Part shown: positions 25,134 through 38,870 of the stretch, piece by piece
Layout of the letters: each line of letters starts with the position of its first letter
Numbering within the stretch: position 1 is the stretch's first letter
From: Eledone cirrhosa
Lineage: Eukaryota
Length of the DNA: 64,000 nt
Reading direction: 5' to 3'
Assembly: GCA_964016885.1 (NCBI GenBank)
Contig: OZ024740.1
Span: 132,060,001-132,124,000 of the forward strand
Notes under the pieces: model-generated
Told to the model about the DNA's origin: nothing
Seen by the model: the letters and a program-made list of their open reading frames with translations, nothing else
Databases searched by the model: none
Position numbers and translations under genes: made by a program

Positions 25134-26275
25134 TTAGAGGTAGACTCGACATACAAGCTGGTCTGCGAAGCAGTTTTAACAGTGCACCTATAGACTATGT
25201 TAGGTGGCAGGCAATGTCCATTTAGTGGGCATGCATTAGGGTAACGGCAGTTGCAGTTACTTCTGCGGTTAGTGAGAGTAGGGTTGTTTAACCTAAGCGG
25301 TTGGTCAGTGCTAGAAGGATTAGAGTAAGTATTTGTGTAGTGGTGTGCTGTATTTGATGGAGGTGGTGGTACCGCGGTGTGGGTGTTATACTGTATTAGT
25401 TTATGATGGTTACTGAATGCAATGTGGCTAGCTAGCTTAGGTGTTGTGGAGAATGAGATTTTAATGTTATTTTTATTAAAGAGTTTGTAATATCTATGGT
25501 TGGGGTAAAATATTTAGATAGGATAGAGAAGAAGCGTTTAGGGATATTAGTGGCTAGATTAGATGAGAATGCGGGTTAAGCCAGGTGATAATTCTAGGCC
25601 TATTCCTTCTAGGGGTTCTAGCAGAGTGGGTAGGGGCCTTCATAGGGTTATTATTACCTGGGTGTTTGATATTTGTCACCCCATTGCTCATTCCTATTCA
25701 AGGGTTGATTTTTAATTTGCTACTTGGAGTGGGAAGCAGGCCACTGCCACCATTAAGGTTCCCCGTATAAGTGCTGTTACTGCTAAAATTCCGGCGAATC
25801 TGGCTATATGCTAAGGTGTTTCTAGTTCTAGTCTTAAGTTAATTATGGTTGTGGTGAATTGCTGTGTTATGGCATTTAGGTATGCAGTAAATGGATTGTT
25901 CATAACCAGATTCAGAAAGAGCCTTATTATAATATGCTGCATGGTTTATAAATATCTCCTCATTTGCTGATAGCATGGAGATCCTATATTTGATAGATTT
26001 GATTACTGCTCTGATGATGCCGGTGGGTGGTTAAAGTGTGGGCTAATATATTTAAGTATTTCGCCTGGTTTATGGTAAGGGTAATATAGGTTATTGTTAA
26101 GATCAAGTGTAACGTCTAGGAATTTATTACTTTATGGTTCGGCTCGATGGTGATAGAGAGACCATTATTTTTAAAGAATCTATGTAACTGTATTTTGAGC
26201 AAGTCAATGCCACGATTAGTGCAATTGTGGACTGCAAATAGCGCGTCGTCCCTATATATTCCCCTGAAACCAACC
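25134..26275 (-). mobile_element. Penelope-like element 5, heavily degraded RT + linker + start of GIY-YIG
   Basis: Manual translation GIYRDDALF..FFKNNGLSITIE..INFLDVTLDL..YYPYHKP and SNCNCRYPNACPLNGHCL..NIVYRC..YV; cut at 25134 where it abuts PLE4. Confidence 0.8.
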
Positions 26276-26478
26276 TCTAATTAATAAGGTAAATATGTGC
26301 AATGGCGGCCATCTTGCTACCCATAGGCAGATCTCACACAATGCAGCCTCGACAGAACAATACTGCTCGACTATGGCAGACAATTGATATACCCAGGACA
26401 CCATAGTGAAACACCAACATATGGACCATTAAATTTATGTAACATTATTTCCTTATTTTAATTTATATTCCTTTTGAA

Positions 26479-26600
26479 GTTCCGATGAGCTGCTCTATTT
26501 CTACCTATATTAAATATTTTCAACTGAACCAGATCAATAATAATAATATATAATCATCTGATCCAGAAATATTATATTGAGTAGCGAAACAATTGTAAAC
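26479..26600 (+). ncRNA. Type I hammerhead motif (U4C), long stem II
   Basis: GTT-CCGATGA-GCTGCTC..(~85 nt)..GAGTAGC-GAAAC-AATT-GTA-AAC. Confidence 0.6.
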
Positions 26601-26892
26601 GGACATTGTTATTATTAATATTATTATTCACTACATTCCTTAGATCAAATTAAATATGGTGACAATCTTTTAATAATGTCATCCTTGTGAAATCTGTGGT
26701 CTTGTTTTGCTTAATATTTCCAGCTCTGTGCACCCAACCTCTGCATGAACCCAGCCACCTAGCTGCCTTCCACTGCCTATTGCACATTGAGCACATGCAT
26801 TTACGCTTTGGCTTCTAACTAATTCACCAGTCTCTCCTCTCCTATCTCCTCTCCTATCACCACCTCTCTCTTTAAGATTGGTTACTCTTGAC

Positions 26893-26895
<3 letters not shown>

Positions 26896-26940
<45 letters not shown>

Positions 26941-27010
26941 ATAGATAGATAGACAGATAGCGAGATAGATAAACAGATGGATGGGTGGATGGATGGAAAT
27001 ATATATATAG

Positions 27011-27108
<98 letters not shown>
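26896..27108. repeat. (TA)n + (GATA)n microsatellite
   Basis: Seen directly. Confidence 0.95.
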
Positions 27109-27498
27109 TGATATACATTTACATGTAGATATATATAAATGACTGTCGGTATTCTGTAGATCATCTGTGTCAACCATAGATTAAAAAGTTAAATTTGACA
27201 ATGTCATTATATTTGCCTAAATGAAAACGAAATATAAACAGATAGAGAGATAGATATATTTCTTTATTAGCCACAGGGGCACAAAAGAAGGGGACAAATA
27301 CAAAGGGGGAAGTTTACATACAATAAAAACGTGTAAAATGTTATCACAAATGGAATTTAAAAAGTTAGTCGATTTTCCCCAATAGAGGGAGACAGTTTAT
27401 ATGGGTAACACATACCCCCGAAAAAAAAATGTGCAACCCTCATCTCCAGGAGTACGAAGAATTTGTACTCCTTTCCTCTCCTCCTCCTTTTCCTCAAC

Positions 27499-30400
27499 CT
27501 ACAGGCTGATATAGAGAGAAGGCACATTCACTCGGGCCATTCTCGCCACTTTCACCCACCTCTCATAAAACTTGCTGGGGTACAGCACCTCTCTCTCCAT
27601 CCTGATTCTTCTTCCAAAGTGGTATTTGAAAAAAAGAATCAGTTGTTGGCCGGAGAGAAAGGTGTCTGACCTCAGCCCTTTCAACCTTGTCCACCATACA
27701 ACCTCTTTCGCCATAGCTATCGCACAAAGGAAAATCGCCTCTCCTTCGTTTTTGAAGGAGGGTGGCGGTTTGATCATGACAATGGACTCGGTGGTCAACT
27801 GGATTGGTCCCACGCGCGACAACAGTCGTTCTACATATCCCCACAGGTCAGTGACGCCCGGGCAGTGTATGAATGCGTGCGCGACGGTTTCTTCGTCTCG
27901 CACGCACCTCGGACAGATCTTTTTTGCAGGGTCCCTGCCCGGGGGCCTATGTCTGTAGACCTCCTCGGTAGGACTGCCAGGCCAGGGACTTTTGGAAGTT
28001 GTCCATCGGTCCCGGGCGGAAGGTCCTACCGAACAGACTGGCCAGTTCATCTTCCTCTACGCCTAGAGTTTCACCAAACGCGTCGTCGCAGTGCTGCGGA
28101 CCAACCCTCTATTGAATGACGAAGTGGAGTCTCCACTGATCGCCGGGTCCGCCTGCCAGAGGGCTGTGAGCAACTGAGCACATTCGATGTGCCAGTCGCC
28201 CATTTTACTCGGTCTTTGCTTAACCCAGGACTGCAGCTCAGTCAGCGAGACGAATCGTGCGAAGGCTCGCCTCACGAACGGGGCCCCACACCGGTTCTCC
28301 GGTGAGGACTACGTAGAGATGCCGCAGCCTGAGCGCGTGTTTGCGCATCGTCAACTACGGCATCCCCAGCACTCCGTTAGAAGGGTGTTGGCAGCAGATG
28401 GATCTTCTCACCAAAGGAGCCCGCCTCTTCCAAAGGAATCGGAGGAGCGCGTGCACCACTTTGGCGAGCGTTTTGGCTGGACAAGGCACGACGGTCAAGC
28501 GGTAGTAGATGGCGGACGCTATAAAAGTGTTCGCCACCTCCGCTGAACCTTTCAAGGATAGTTTGCACTCGGCCCACTTCTGGGTGAGTGCAAAGACCTT
28601 GGCCGTCACTTCGTTCCAGTTCTTCTCCACCTGGAGGTCCGGACCAAACCAGACCCCGAGCAGCTTTACCGGTCCTTCCGTCCAGCGTCCGACGACGCCA
28701 TCGCAAGGCATCGGTTTGCCTCTCCACGATCCGAGTTGCAAACCGATGGACTTGTCCCGGTTCAGCTTCGCTCCTGTGAGACTTTCGTATTCCTTCAGTA
28801 AGGTGCCGACTTCCTCGATTTGCGAGGCGCTCGACACCATTACTGTAACGTCGTCGGCGTAGGCCGACGCCGCTTTGCGCAGTCCCCGTTCCAGAGGGAT
28901 GCCCTGCAATAGCTCCAGCTTCCGCTGTAGTGGCTCGAGAGTCAGTACGTACAGAAGGGAGGAGAGAGGGCATCCCTGTCGAATGGATCGCGTAATATTG
29001 AACGGCTCCGAGATGTAGCCGTTCACCTTGACCCTTGAGCAGATGTTGCTGTTGTGCATTGCAGCAATCCAGCCCCTGAACACGGGTCCGACGCCTGCCG
29101 CCTCGAGCACCGCATCCAGGTAACGAAGGTCAACCCTATCGAAAGCCTTAGACTGATCCATGTTGATAAGAGCCCCACCGAAGTCGGGTTTACACCCTAC
29201 CCTCTCTACAATGTATCGCATGAGGTGGAGGTTGTCTTGTATGGACCTGGTCGGGTTTGCGAATGTCTACGCTTCTCCCACCAGGTTCTCGACGACAAGC
29301 GCCAGCCTGTTTACCAACACCTTGGCCAAAATCTGTAACTCTGTGTTTTGCAGAGTTATGGGCCGGAAGTTGCCTATGTCATCCCCCCTTATTCTCGTCC
29401 TTCCTGATTAGTGTGACGACGCCCCCGGTTACAGAACTGGGAATTGTCCCGTTCTGTTGCCAGTTGCAGTAGACCGCTTCCAGGAGACCGGAGAATAAGT
29501 TCGGCATTGCTACGGGTAGACCGTCAAGACCTGGAGATTTGCGTTTGCCGCATTGGCTCAGCGCGTCCCCTATCTCAGTGGCTGAAATCGGCTTTTCGCA
29601 GAACTTTGCCTCGCTGTCCGAGAGTCGTGGTATGCCGTCGAGGTATGGACTGAAATCCATAGCCTCTCCCGGCTACACCCCCCCACCCTCGAACAGCTGA
29701 GCAAAGTGCCGCTGAAAAGCCGCACACATCTGCTTCGGCTCACGTATCACGCGTCCGTTTTCGGCCTTCAAAGACCGAATCGTGGACCTGTTGCCACTTT
29801 TTGCCTCCGTCACTCGGGCCCAGCTAACAGCTTTGGCTCCCTCGTTTCCCAGAGCACGTATTTTGCTTCTGACAACGCAGCCCTCGTGCTTTGCGTCGAA
29901 GAACTGGTCCAAGGTCGTTGCTAGCACGCTGGCTACGTTGCCACTTATAATTTCCTCTTCTACTTTATCTACCAGTTCCTTCTCGGTTCTATTTCTATCT
30001 AACGCTAATTCTTTACTAAAAACTATCGAGTCTAATCTAACTGCCCTCTTGAGGGAGTACCATCATCTGTTGTTGACAATGGACCCTGTCAAGTGCTGTT
30101 TAACTAAAGTGCTAATCCGTCTACTGTAGGCTTTGCTTGTCGGTAACTACAAGTTCAGCATCCAGTAGCCGGGTCCTTCTCTATGGGTTCTATCAAGGTT
30201 GGCCATGCAGGTCAATAGTTTGTGATCTGAATAGGCAACCATGAACATGTGTGGACAGCTTACGATGTCTCTATCCTTATTTCTAACTAGAACCCTATCT
30301 AGGTACGATCTAGATGTTCCGCTACGATTACTTCACGTCCACAGTGGCGCAGTCGGAAAATCTAGTCGATATCTATCGGCCAGGTCAAATCGGTCGATTA

Positions 30401-30944
30401 ACTGTTTGAGGCTGTTAAACCCCCCTTTATCGGGACATTCTCCCACATAATCCCAACGTGCATATAGGATTCCATTCCAGTCCCCCACTAAAAGCAAGGA
30501 GCGGGACGTTCCCAGAAAAGTCTCTAGACGTTTGAAGAAGTCTGGCCGCGGTGTCCCGGATGGGGCATATGCGGCCACCAGCCTGAAGGCTCCACCTTCA
30601 CTACCGTCAACGTCTAGGACCACCAGTCGAACCTCCGGGTCCAGATGTACCGTCTGTGTTACGAGGCCCAGGTGTTTCCGCAGCAAAACGTCAACTCCGC
30701 CCCCACCTCCCGGTTGACAGAGTGATGCGTAGATCTCAAAGTCATCGAAGATGGGGGCCAGCTGTCGCTCGCCGTGGATCCTGGACTCGCAAATGGCTAC
30801 CACATCCATACTGTGCGACCTGAGGTCGTTTAAGAGTTTGCCCTGTTTCCAGGACATCCCTAGGCCGCGTACGTTCACACATCCAACTCTTATATTTGGC
30901 CATGTTGGTGCTGAAAAGTTAAAAGAGGAAAAGAGATCACTCAC
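27499..30944 (-). pseudogene. Tx1 ORF2 (APE-RT-CCHC), copy A
   Basis: ORF pieces 30333-30944, 29673-29927, 29379-29660, 28355-29221, 28063-28275 and 27499-28050. Confidence 0.9.
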
Positions 30945-32837
30945 CCTTCGCCTCCTGGGGACCAGGCCGTACGATTTCCATGGGGGTGTTGGAGGGGTTG
31001 TCTAGATGGGTGGTGGTTTCCGGCGGGGTGGGTACGCAGATGTTTGGTGGGGTGGGGTGGGGTTTGGTGGAATGGGGGTGTCTGGGGTGGGGAGACATTT
31101 GAGAAGGACGCGGTTGAGTGGTTTCACGCAGGAATTCCCCACATCCTTCTCAAATGTTTCTTTTAGGGACCTATAAGTTTCTATAATCAGTTTTAGGTTT
31201 AGTTTTTTGCTATTTTTAATAGAGTGGGGGAAAGTTTTCCCTTCGGTTTCCACCGAAGGGTCGTTCGTGATGGTCTCCATTAGTGTTTTTTTTCAGCGTT
31301 TATGTAAGTGTAAGTGTAATTTTCTCGTGTTGTGTTTGTTTTTGTCTGTAGTTCTTGTGTGTGCTTTCGTTTTGTTGTAGGTATTTTGTTTTCAGGAGCT
31401 GGGGGTTTTGTTTGTGATGTTTTTGTTGTTTGGTGTTGGTGGTTGTATGTTTGTGGTAGTGTTTGCTGGTTTTTTGCTTTTGTGATGTCTTTTCTTTCTT
31501 TTCGAGCGATGGGGTTTTCCCTCGTCTTCACTGGGTGATGGTGAGATAGCCTCATCTGTTGTATCGTCTGTGTGATTGGGGAGGGGTATGTCTTGGGGAA
31601 CTGTTGTGTCTGTATGTGATTTTGCAGTGGTTTTAGGTGGAGTGGGGTTGTGTGGGACTGTATTTGTTGTGGTTATTTTTGTGTGTTGGTGTTGTTGTTG
31701 TGGTGGTGTTGGTGGTTGTGTTGTTTTGATGGGTGTCGGCAGAAGAGCCTTTTTTTGGTTCATTAATTTAGGACAGGAAACCCTCAGGTGACCCCTGCTA
31801 AAGCAATGGTAACATGAAGGCCGCCTACCCTCAACCGAAAAGTTTATGTAGGTGAGTCCGTCCAGGAGTACACGCTGTGGGATCATAGCTATTCGCTCTG
31901 GGCTCATTTGCACCAGAACTTCAATGCTAGTCCCATTGAATACATCTCTGGGGGACTTGCCTACTGACAGTATTCTGTCTTCATCAAAATTGATGAAGCC
32001 GCACAATATCCACCATATGTTCACCTTTGGTTTGACACTCGTGATTCTGATCTTTTGTGTCCTTTTTCCCATGTATGTAGGGAAAAAGGTGTACAGGTTG
32101 GATACAATTGGCGACACAGTAATTTTGGGCCGTCAATTGATCCTTCATGAGTACCGAAAAACTCCCAAAATGTTTGCTTCTTTGAATGAATGCAATATCA
32201 TTATTTGAATTTTTGAAAACCTCAAATTATTTCTGTGACAATTGGACTGGTTTTCGTGTAGAATTGGAAACTGTCCTAAAAACTATCGTTTTGAGAGCAG
32301 TTTTCTTGCGAATTTCTACCGGAGAATTGATGCTGAAAGCACCATTTTTTTCGAAAGTGACATATCTCTTAGCGTCCTTTAAAAGTTGTTCAGCATTTGT
32401 TATGTCGACATATATCAATTCTTCCTTCTTTTGAACTTTCTCTGCAAAGGAGATTTTGGTTTCATGTGGAATCCGTATTGGTGGTGTTGTCATTATTGTT
32501 GTTATTCTTGTTGTTATTCTTGTTGTCACCGATGTTGGTATCATCCGTATTTTCCTTGGTGTTGTTGTTGGTTTTGATGCTGGTGTTATTGGTGTTGTCT
32601 TTATTTTTTTCTTTGTTGTTGTTATCATTGTTGCTTTTATCATCATTATTGGTGTTGCTGTTATTTTTGTTGTCATTGAATTGTTTGGTGTCATTTGTGT
32701 TGTTTGAATATGAATTCGTTTTTACATTTTCATTTCGTCTTTCCATCTCTATAGTATCTAGTGAAGATGTTGTTGACTGCGAGCTTGGTAGTCATACCGC
32801 CTATCCACCACCATTATTGTTGGACGCAGCGTTCATA
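30945..32837 (-). pseudogene. Tx1 ORF1 (gag-like zinc knuckle), copy A
   Basis: ORF pieces 31002-31280, 31392-32117, 32227-32694 and 32462-32746. Confidence 0.8.
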
Positions 32838-33299
32838 AGGTAATCAAAATTTTACAATATTTTTTCCAAGATTCGATGGAGAACATTTTTTTAAATGGAT
32901 ATTCCGCCCCTGTAGAGGCGAAAATGAGTTGACCCACCACCTGAAGGTCCAGACGGGTGGTCAAGTTACACAATGATATAACATTTAACTAAAAACTCGC
33001 GTTTTTTTTCTCACATAACTTAACGGAAACTTCTCCGCGAAGTTACACACGTCTGATAGAGAGAGAGATAGATAGATAGATAGATATATTTATTTCTTTA
33101 CCATAAAGGCATAAAAAGAAGGGACAAAAAACAAAGAGGGAGTTTACATAAAACCGAGTAAAAAGGGTATAAAATGAAAATAATCAAAAACAACCTCAAA
33201 AGGGAGGGGACGTGATGGGGGTTGCACACACCCCCGGAAAAGTGTGCAATCCTTTGCCCGGGGAACACATGAAGAAGGTGCTCCCATCTTCTTCCCTTC

Positions 33300-36200
33300 T
33301 TTATCTACAGGATGGTATACAGAGAAGGCCCATTTACACGAGCCATTCTCGCCACTATCACCCACCTTTCATAAAACTGCCTGTGGCCAAGCACCTCTCA
33401 TTCCATTCTTATCCTTCTTCCGAAGTGATATCGGAAGAAATAGACCAGACTATGGCCAGAGAGGAAGTTGCCTGACCTCAGACCTTTCAATCATGTCCAC
33501 CAAACAACCTCTTGCAACATGGCTATTACGCACAGAAAAACCGCCTTTGCTACCTTTGTGAAGAGGGGAGGCGGCTTGATTGTTGTCGCGGACTCGGCGG
33601 CCAATCGAATCGGCGCCACCCGCGACAGCAGTCGTTCGGCGTAGCCCCACAGATCAGCCACGCCCGGACAGTGCACCAATGCGTGCGCAACGGTTTCTTC
33701 GTGACGCACGCATCTAGGGCAAATCTTTTTCGAGGGATCCCTGCCCGGGCGCCCGTGTCTGTAGAGCCTTTCTCGGACGGGTAGAGCCCCCCGGTAGCAC
33801 TGTCAGGCCCGTGACTTCTGGAAGTTGTCCATTGGTCCCGGGCCGAAAGTCCTACCGAACAGGCTGGTTAGTTCGTCCTCTTCCATGTCCAGCGACTCTC
33901 CAAGGGTGTCATCGCCTCTGCTGGCCACCAGTCCTCTATAGAATGACGAGGTGGATTCTCCACCGATGGCCGGGTTCGCTTGCCAGAGAGCCCTGAGCGC
34001 CTGGACACACTAAGCGTGCCAGTCGCCCAGTTTTCCGGATCTTTGCTTGACCCAGGACTGCAGCTCGGTGAGCGAGACGAGTCTACGAAAGGCTCGTCTC
34101 ACGAACGGAGCCCACATGGATTGACCAGTGAGGAATACCTGTAGGTGCCGTAGCCTTAATGCGTGCCTACGCATCATCAACCACGGCATCCCCAGCCCTC
34201 CTTTCGAAGGTTGTTGGCAGCAGATAGATCTTCTCACCATAGGAGGGCGCTTCTTCCAAAGAAATTGAAAGAGCATGCGTTCCATGGTGGTGAGTGTTTC
34301 CTTAGGGCAAGGCACGACAGTCAGCGGTAGTAGGTAACGGACGCTATGTAAATGTTCGCCACCTCCGCCCGACCTTTCAGGGACAGCTTACACTTGGCCC
34401 ATTTCTGGGTCAGTGCAAACACGTTGCACGTAACCTCGCCCCAGTTCTTTTCCACCTGGAGGTCCGGCCAAACCAGACCCCAAGCAACTTCACCGGGCCC
34501 TCCGTCCAGTGTCCGAAGACACCGTTGGGATGCATCGGTCTGTCTCTCCACGTTCCGAGTTGCAGCCCGATGGATTTTTCCCGGTTCAGTTTCGCTCCTG
34601 ACAACCTTTCGTATTCCTCCAGTAAGGTACCGATCGCCTCGATCTCCGAGTCGGTCGATACCATTACTGTTACGTCATCGGCGTAGCCCGACACCGCTTT
34701 GCTCAATCCTGGTTCCAGGGGGATACCCTGCAACAACTCCAACTTCCTCAGTAAAGGCTCGAGAGTCAATACGTACAGAAGGGAGGAGAGAGGGCACCCC
34801 TGTCGAATGGATCGTGTGATTTCGAACGGCTTCGAAAGGTAGCCGTTCACCTTGATCCTAGAACAGATGTGGTTGCTATGTAACGCAGTGATCCAGACTT
34901 TGAAAACAGGACCGAACGCAGCCGCCGCTAGCACCGCATCCAGGTAACCATGGTCGACCCTATCGAACGCCTTAGACTGATCCAAGTTGATCAGGGCCCC
35001 ACCGAAGCCGCGTTTGTTGCCAACCATCTCTATGATGTATCGCATGAGGTGGAGGTTGTCGTGAATTGACCTGGATGGGATAGCACATGTCTGCGCATCT
35101 CCCACCAGGCTACCCACGGCAAGCGCCAACCTCTTTGCTAACACCTTGGCCAAAATCTGTAACTCTGTGTTTAGCAGGGTTATGGGCCGAAACTTATTTA
35201 TACTATCCCCCTTGTTCTCGTCCTTCCTCACCATCGAGACTACGCCATTGGCTACAGAACAAGGAATTCTCCCGTTCTGCTGCCAATTGCAGTAGACTGC
35301 TTCGAGGAGTTCGGAGAAGAAGACCCGCATTGCTAAATAAAGTTCGTAAGGTATACCATCGAGACCTGGAGATTTGCGTCTGCTGCATTGGCCCAGCGCA
35401 TCCCCGATCTCATCAGCCGAGATTGGTCCCTCGCACATCTGCTTAGGCTCCCGAATCACCCGTCCATCCTCGTCTTGCAAAAACCGGATGGTGGATCGAT
35501 TTCCACTCTTAGCTTCTGTCACGCGGACCCAGCCAACGGCTTTGGCCCCCTCATTACCTAGAGCACGTATTTTATTTCGAATGACGCAGCCTTCGTGCTT
35601 TGCATCGAAAAACTGGCTCAAGGCCGTCCTCGATGCCAGCACTCTGGCGACATCTTCGCTCTTGATTGCCTCTTCTAATTTACCAGTTAATTCTTTCTCG
35701 TTCCTATTCCTATCGGCAGCTAACATCTTGCTATAACTTATTGATTCTGTTCTAATCTCTATTTTGAGAGATGCCCACCATCGGTTGTTGACGATTGCAC
35801 CCGTCAACCTCGCCTTAACTAATCTCCTAATCCGGTCTCTGTAAGCCTCTTTTGCCGGTAAAGACAAATTAAGTTTCCAGTAACCGGGACCCTGTCTATG
35901 TGTTCTCTCGAGGTTGACTACGCAGGTCACTAATTTGTGATCTGTATAGCCAACCGTGAGCATTTCTGGACAGCTTAATATGTCCCTATCCTTACATCTA
36001 ACTAAGAATCTATCTAAGTACGATCTAGATTGACCACTGTGGTTCGTCCAAGTCCAGGTTGGCACAGTTGGAAAATCTAGTCGATATCTATCGACCAAAT
36101 TAAAACGGTCGAGTAACCCCTTGAGGCTGTTACACCCCTCTCTATTAGGACATGCTCCTGTATAGTCCCAACGTGCATCTAGGATGTCATTCCAATCACC

Positions 36201-36617
36201 CGCTAGAAGCAGGGAACGCGACGTTCCCAGAAAAGTCTCCAGACACTGGAAGAAGTCGGGTCGTTCAGCTCCGAAAGGGGAGTAGACGGCGACCAGTCTC
36301 AAGGCCGCACCTCCACTACTGCCAACGTCTAGCACCAACAAACGACCTTCCGGGTCCGAGTGAACAACCTGTACGGCGAGACCCAGGTGTTTTTCCAGCA
36401 GTACGACAACCCCACCCCCACCTCCAGGTTGACAGAGAGATGCGTGCACCTCAAAGTCATCGAAGGTGGAGGCCAGCTGCCGCACAACGCTGATCCGAGT
36501 CTCACAGATAACCATTACATTTATACCACGTGACCTGAGGTCTTTTAGAAGCTTTGCTTGCTTCCAAGTTGAGCCCAGGCCACGTGCATTCAAACATCCT
36601 ACTCTTAACGCATCCAT
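33300..36617 (-). pseudogene. Tx1 ORF2, copy B (735-aa open stretch with an in-frame deletion, then frameshifts)
   Basis: PKQMC|EGPIS lacks the AAFQRHF..PRLS..FC segment present in copy A. Confidence 0.9.
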
Positions 36618-36650
36618 GTGGGCAGCAAAGCCAAAGGAGAGTGTAGAGAC

Positions 36651-38555
36651 CTACCTTTCTGCTTCCCGGGGTTCGGGTCGCACGACTTCCATGGGGTCGG
36701 AGGTGTTGGGTGAAGGGTTGTCTTGTGGTGGTGTGGGGTCGTCAGTGTGTGGTGGGGTTGGGGTGTTTGGAGTTGTGTTGGGGAGGGGAAGGGGAGAGGA
36801 AAAGCTTTTTAGGAGGACGCGGTTTATGGGTTTGAGAGAGGGTGGTCCTACGTCCTCCTTAAAATCCTTTTTTAGTTTTTGGTAGAGGTTCATTGGGATC
36901 TTTATTAATTTTAATTGTGGGTTGTTTTCTGAAAAAACAAAGTTTACCCCTTCGGTTTGTACCGAAGGGTTATTGTTTATGAGTTCATTTAATTTATTAT
37001 TGTTTCTGTTGATGTAAGTAATGTCTTTTTTTCGGAAGGTGTGAGTGTTTCAAGGAGGGGAGGGGCAGGTTTGGTTTTGTTTGTTGCTGGAGGGGTATTT
37101 TCTGTTTTGTTGGATTGTGTTGACATTTGGGTAGGGGCTGTTTGGCCTTGTGTGTCTTGCACATGTTTTCTTTTTTTCCTTTTAATCTCTCTGAAGGACT
37201 CCGTTTTTTCCTCCGAATTCGTTGGGTTATCTTCAGTGTTGGAGGGAAGAGGTATGTTTGCTGGTAGTGTTTCCGTGTTAGTTTTCTTTGTGGGGGAGAT
37301 GGATGTCACTATGTTAGACTGTGTTGTGTGTTGTGGCTGCGATGGTTGTGTTGTTTTATTGAGTGATGGGTTGGGTGGGACTGTGTTTTGTTTTGGAGTA
37401 ATGTGTTGTGTCTGTTTGTGCTGTGGTGGTGGTGTAGTTTTACTGAGGGACGGGTTGGGTGGGACTGAGTTTTATTGTTTGTTTATCTGTTGTGGTGGTG
37501 GTGGAGCTGGTGTTGATAGCAGGGTTTTCTTCTTGTTGAGTTGGGGACAAGCCGCCTTTAGGTGCCCTCTGCCTGCACAGATATGACAGGACGGCCTTCT
37601 CCCCTCCACGCTAATGTTTATATACCCGTGGCCCACTAATAGGATTCTCTCGGGTATTTGGGCAATGCGTTCAGGCTTCATTTGCACTACAAGTTCTATA
37701 CCTGTTCCACTGAACGCATTGCCTGTGGTTTTCCCAACGGAAATTACGTTGTCATTTGCTGGATCGATGAAGCCAGCTATGAGCCAGCAGTAGTCCATAT
37801 CTGGCATCATCGCTTCCAGCCATATGCGCTGAGTTCTTTTACCCATATGAGATGGATAAAAGGTAAAATTTGTCGAACGAATCGGCTTCAAAGCATATTT
37901 TTTCGCCGCTGATTCGTTCTTCCTAATAATAACCAGGCTTCCATACAGCCTGTCTCTTCTTATGAAAGTGGCTTCATTAAATACTTCTCTAAGTACCGCT
38001 TTAATTTCTACTTGTGTTGGTTGTTGCGGCTTTTTTGAGATGTTGTTGATGGTGCGGAAAACGCCCGTCCGAATTTCAATATCTTTGGTGAGTTCTTGGG
38101 GCATTTTTACCGACAAGGCTCCATTTTCCCCTTGATTTATGAATTGTTTGGCGGTTTTTATTCTTTGTGCCACATCTGAAATATTTTCAGGTATGTACGT
38201 TAAAGACTTTTTTTGTTGTTTGTGCAAATGAGATGTTATTGGTGTTGACTTTGTCGTCTGTTTTGCTTTATGTTATGATGTTGTTGTTTTCAGATGTTAT
38301 TTTTTTGTTTGTTGTTTCTTTGTTTGTGGTATTAATATTGTCATGCAATACTTTCAAATTTTTTTTGTTGTTGGAATCAATCTCCAGATTTGTGTTTTCG
38401 TCGACATTTTTCTCCGTACATTCGTCTGTTTTTCTTTTATTTTTTCTTTCCTTCTCTATGACGTTAGTTGGGAAGGAAGGGGGGACTAAAGCGTGCGAGC
38501 TTACAACTCTTACCGCTGTCCCCCCACAACTATTTTCGTTAGCTTCATTTAACAT
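36651..38555 (-). pseudogene. Tx1 ORF1, copy B
   Basis: ORF pieces 38268-38555, 37472-38227, 36989-37309 and 36651-36893. Confidence 0.8.
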
Positions 38556-38786
38556 TTCTCCCAGACGATTGAAATTTTATGCAACAACATTTTTAAAAAA
38601 CAGGTGTTTCACCCCTGGGAGGGGCGAAAATGAGCTGACACACCGCCTAACAGTTCAAACGGGGGGTCAAGCTACACAATAGTATCAAATTAAAATTAAA
38701 CTTACAAAATTTCCGCAATAAATTGGAACAAAACTACTGCGCGAAGAGAATTACGTCTACGCTATCGAACAGACGACAGCTAGGAT

Positions 38787-38852
<66 letters not shown>

Positions 38853-38870
38853 GAGAGACATATAGATAGA
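38787..38870. repeat. (GATA)n microsatellite at the 5' side of Tx1 copy B
   Basis: Seen directly. Confidence 0.95.

Larger units (their letters stand above)
27259..33055 (-). mobile_element. Tx1/L1-clade LINE copy A, full length but frameshifted
   Basis: ORF1 remnants with CCHC knuckle CYHCFSRGHLRVSC; ORF2 APE (VGCVNVRGL, GDWN, SYLDR, YSDH), RT (DQSKAFDRV, RQGCPLS, YADD), C-terminal CPRC..ETVAHAFIHC; AATAAA at the 3' end followed by (TATC)n. Confidence 0.93.
33089..38770 (-). mobile_element. Tx1/L1-clade LINE copy B (distinct subfamily), full length but frameshifted
   Basis: ORF1 knuckle CHICAGRGHLKAAC; ORF2 34410-36617 APE+RT (GCLNARGL, GDWND, YTDHKLV, DQSKAFDRV, RQGCPLS, YADD); C-terminal ETVAHALVHC; (GATA)n on both sides. 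Confidence 0.93.

Noticed and set aside
27463-38682. Many plus-strand ORFs overlapping the Tx1 elements
   Set aside because: Antisense shadows of GC-rich or low-complexity LINE coding sequence.
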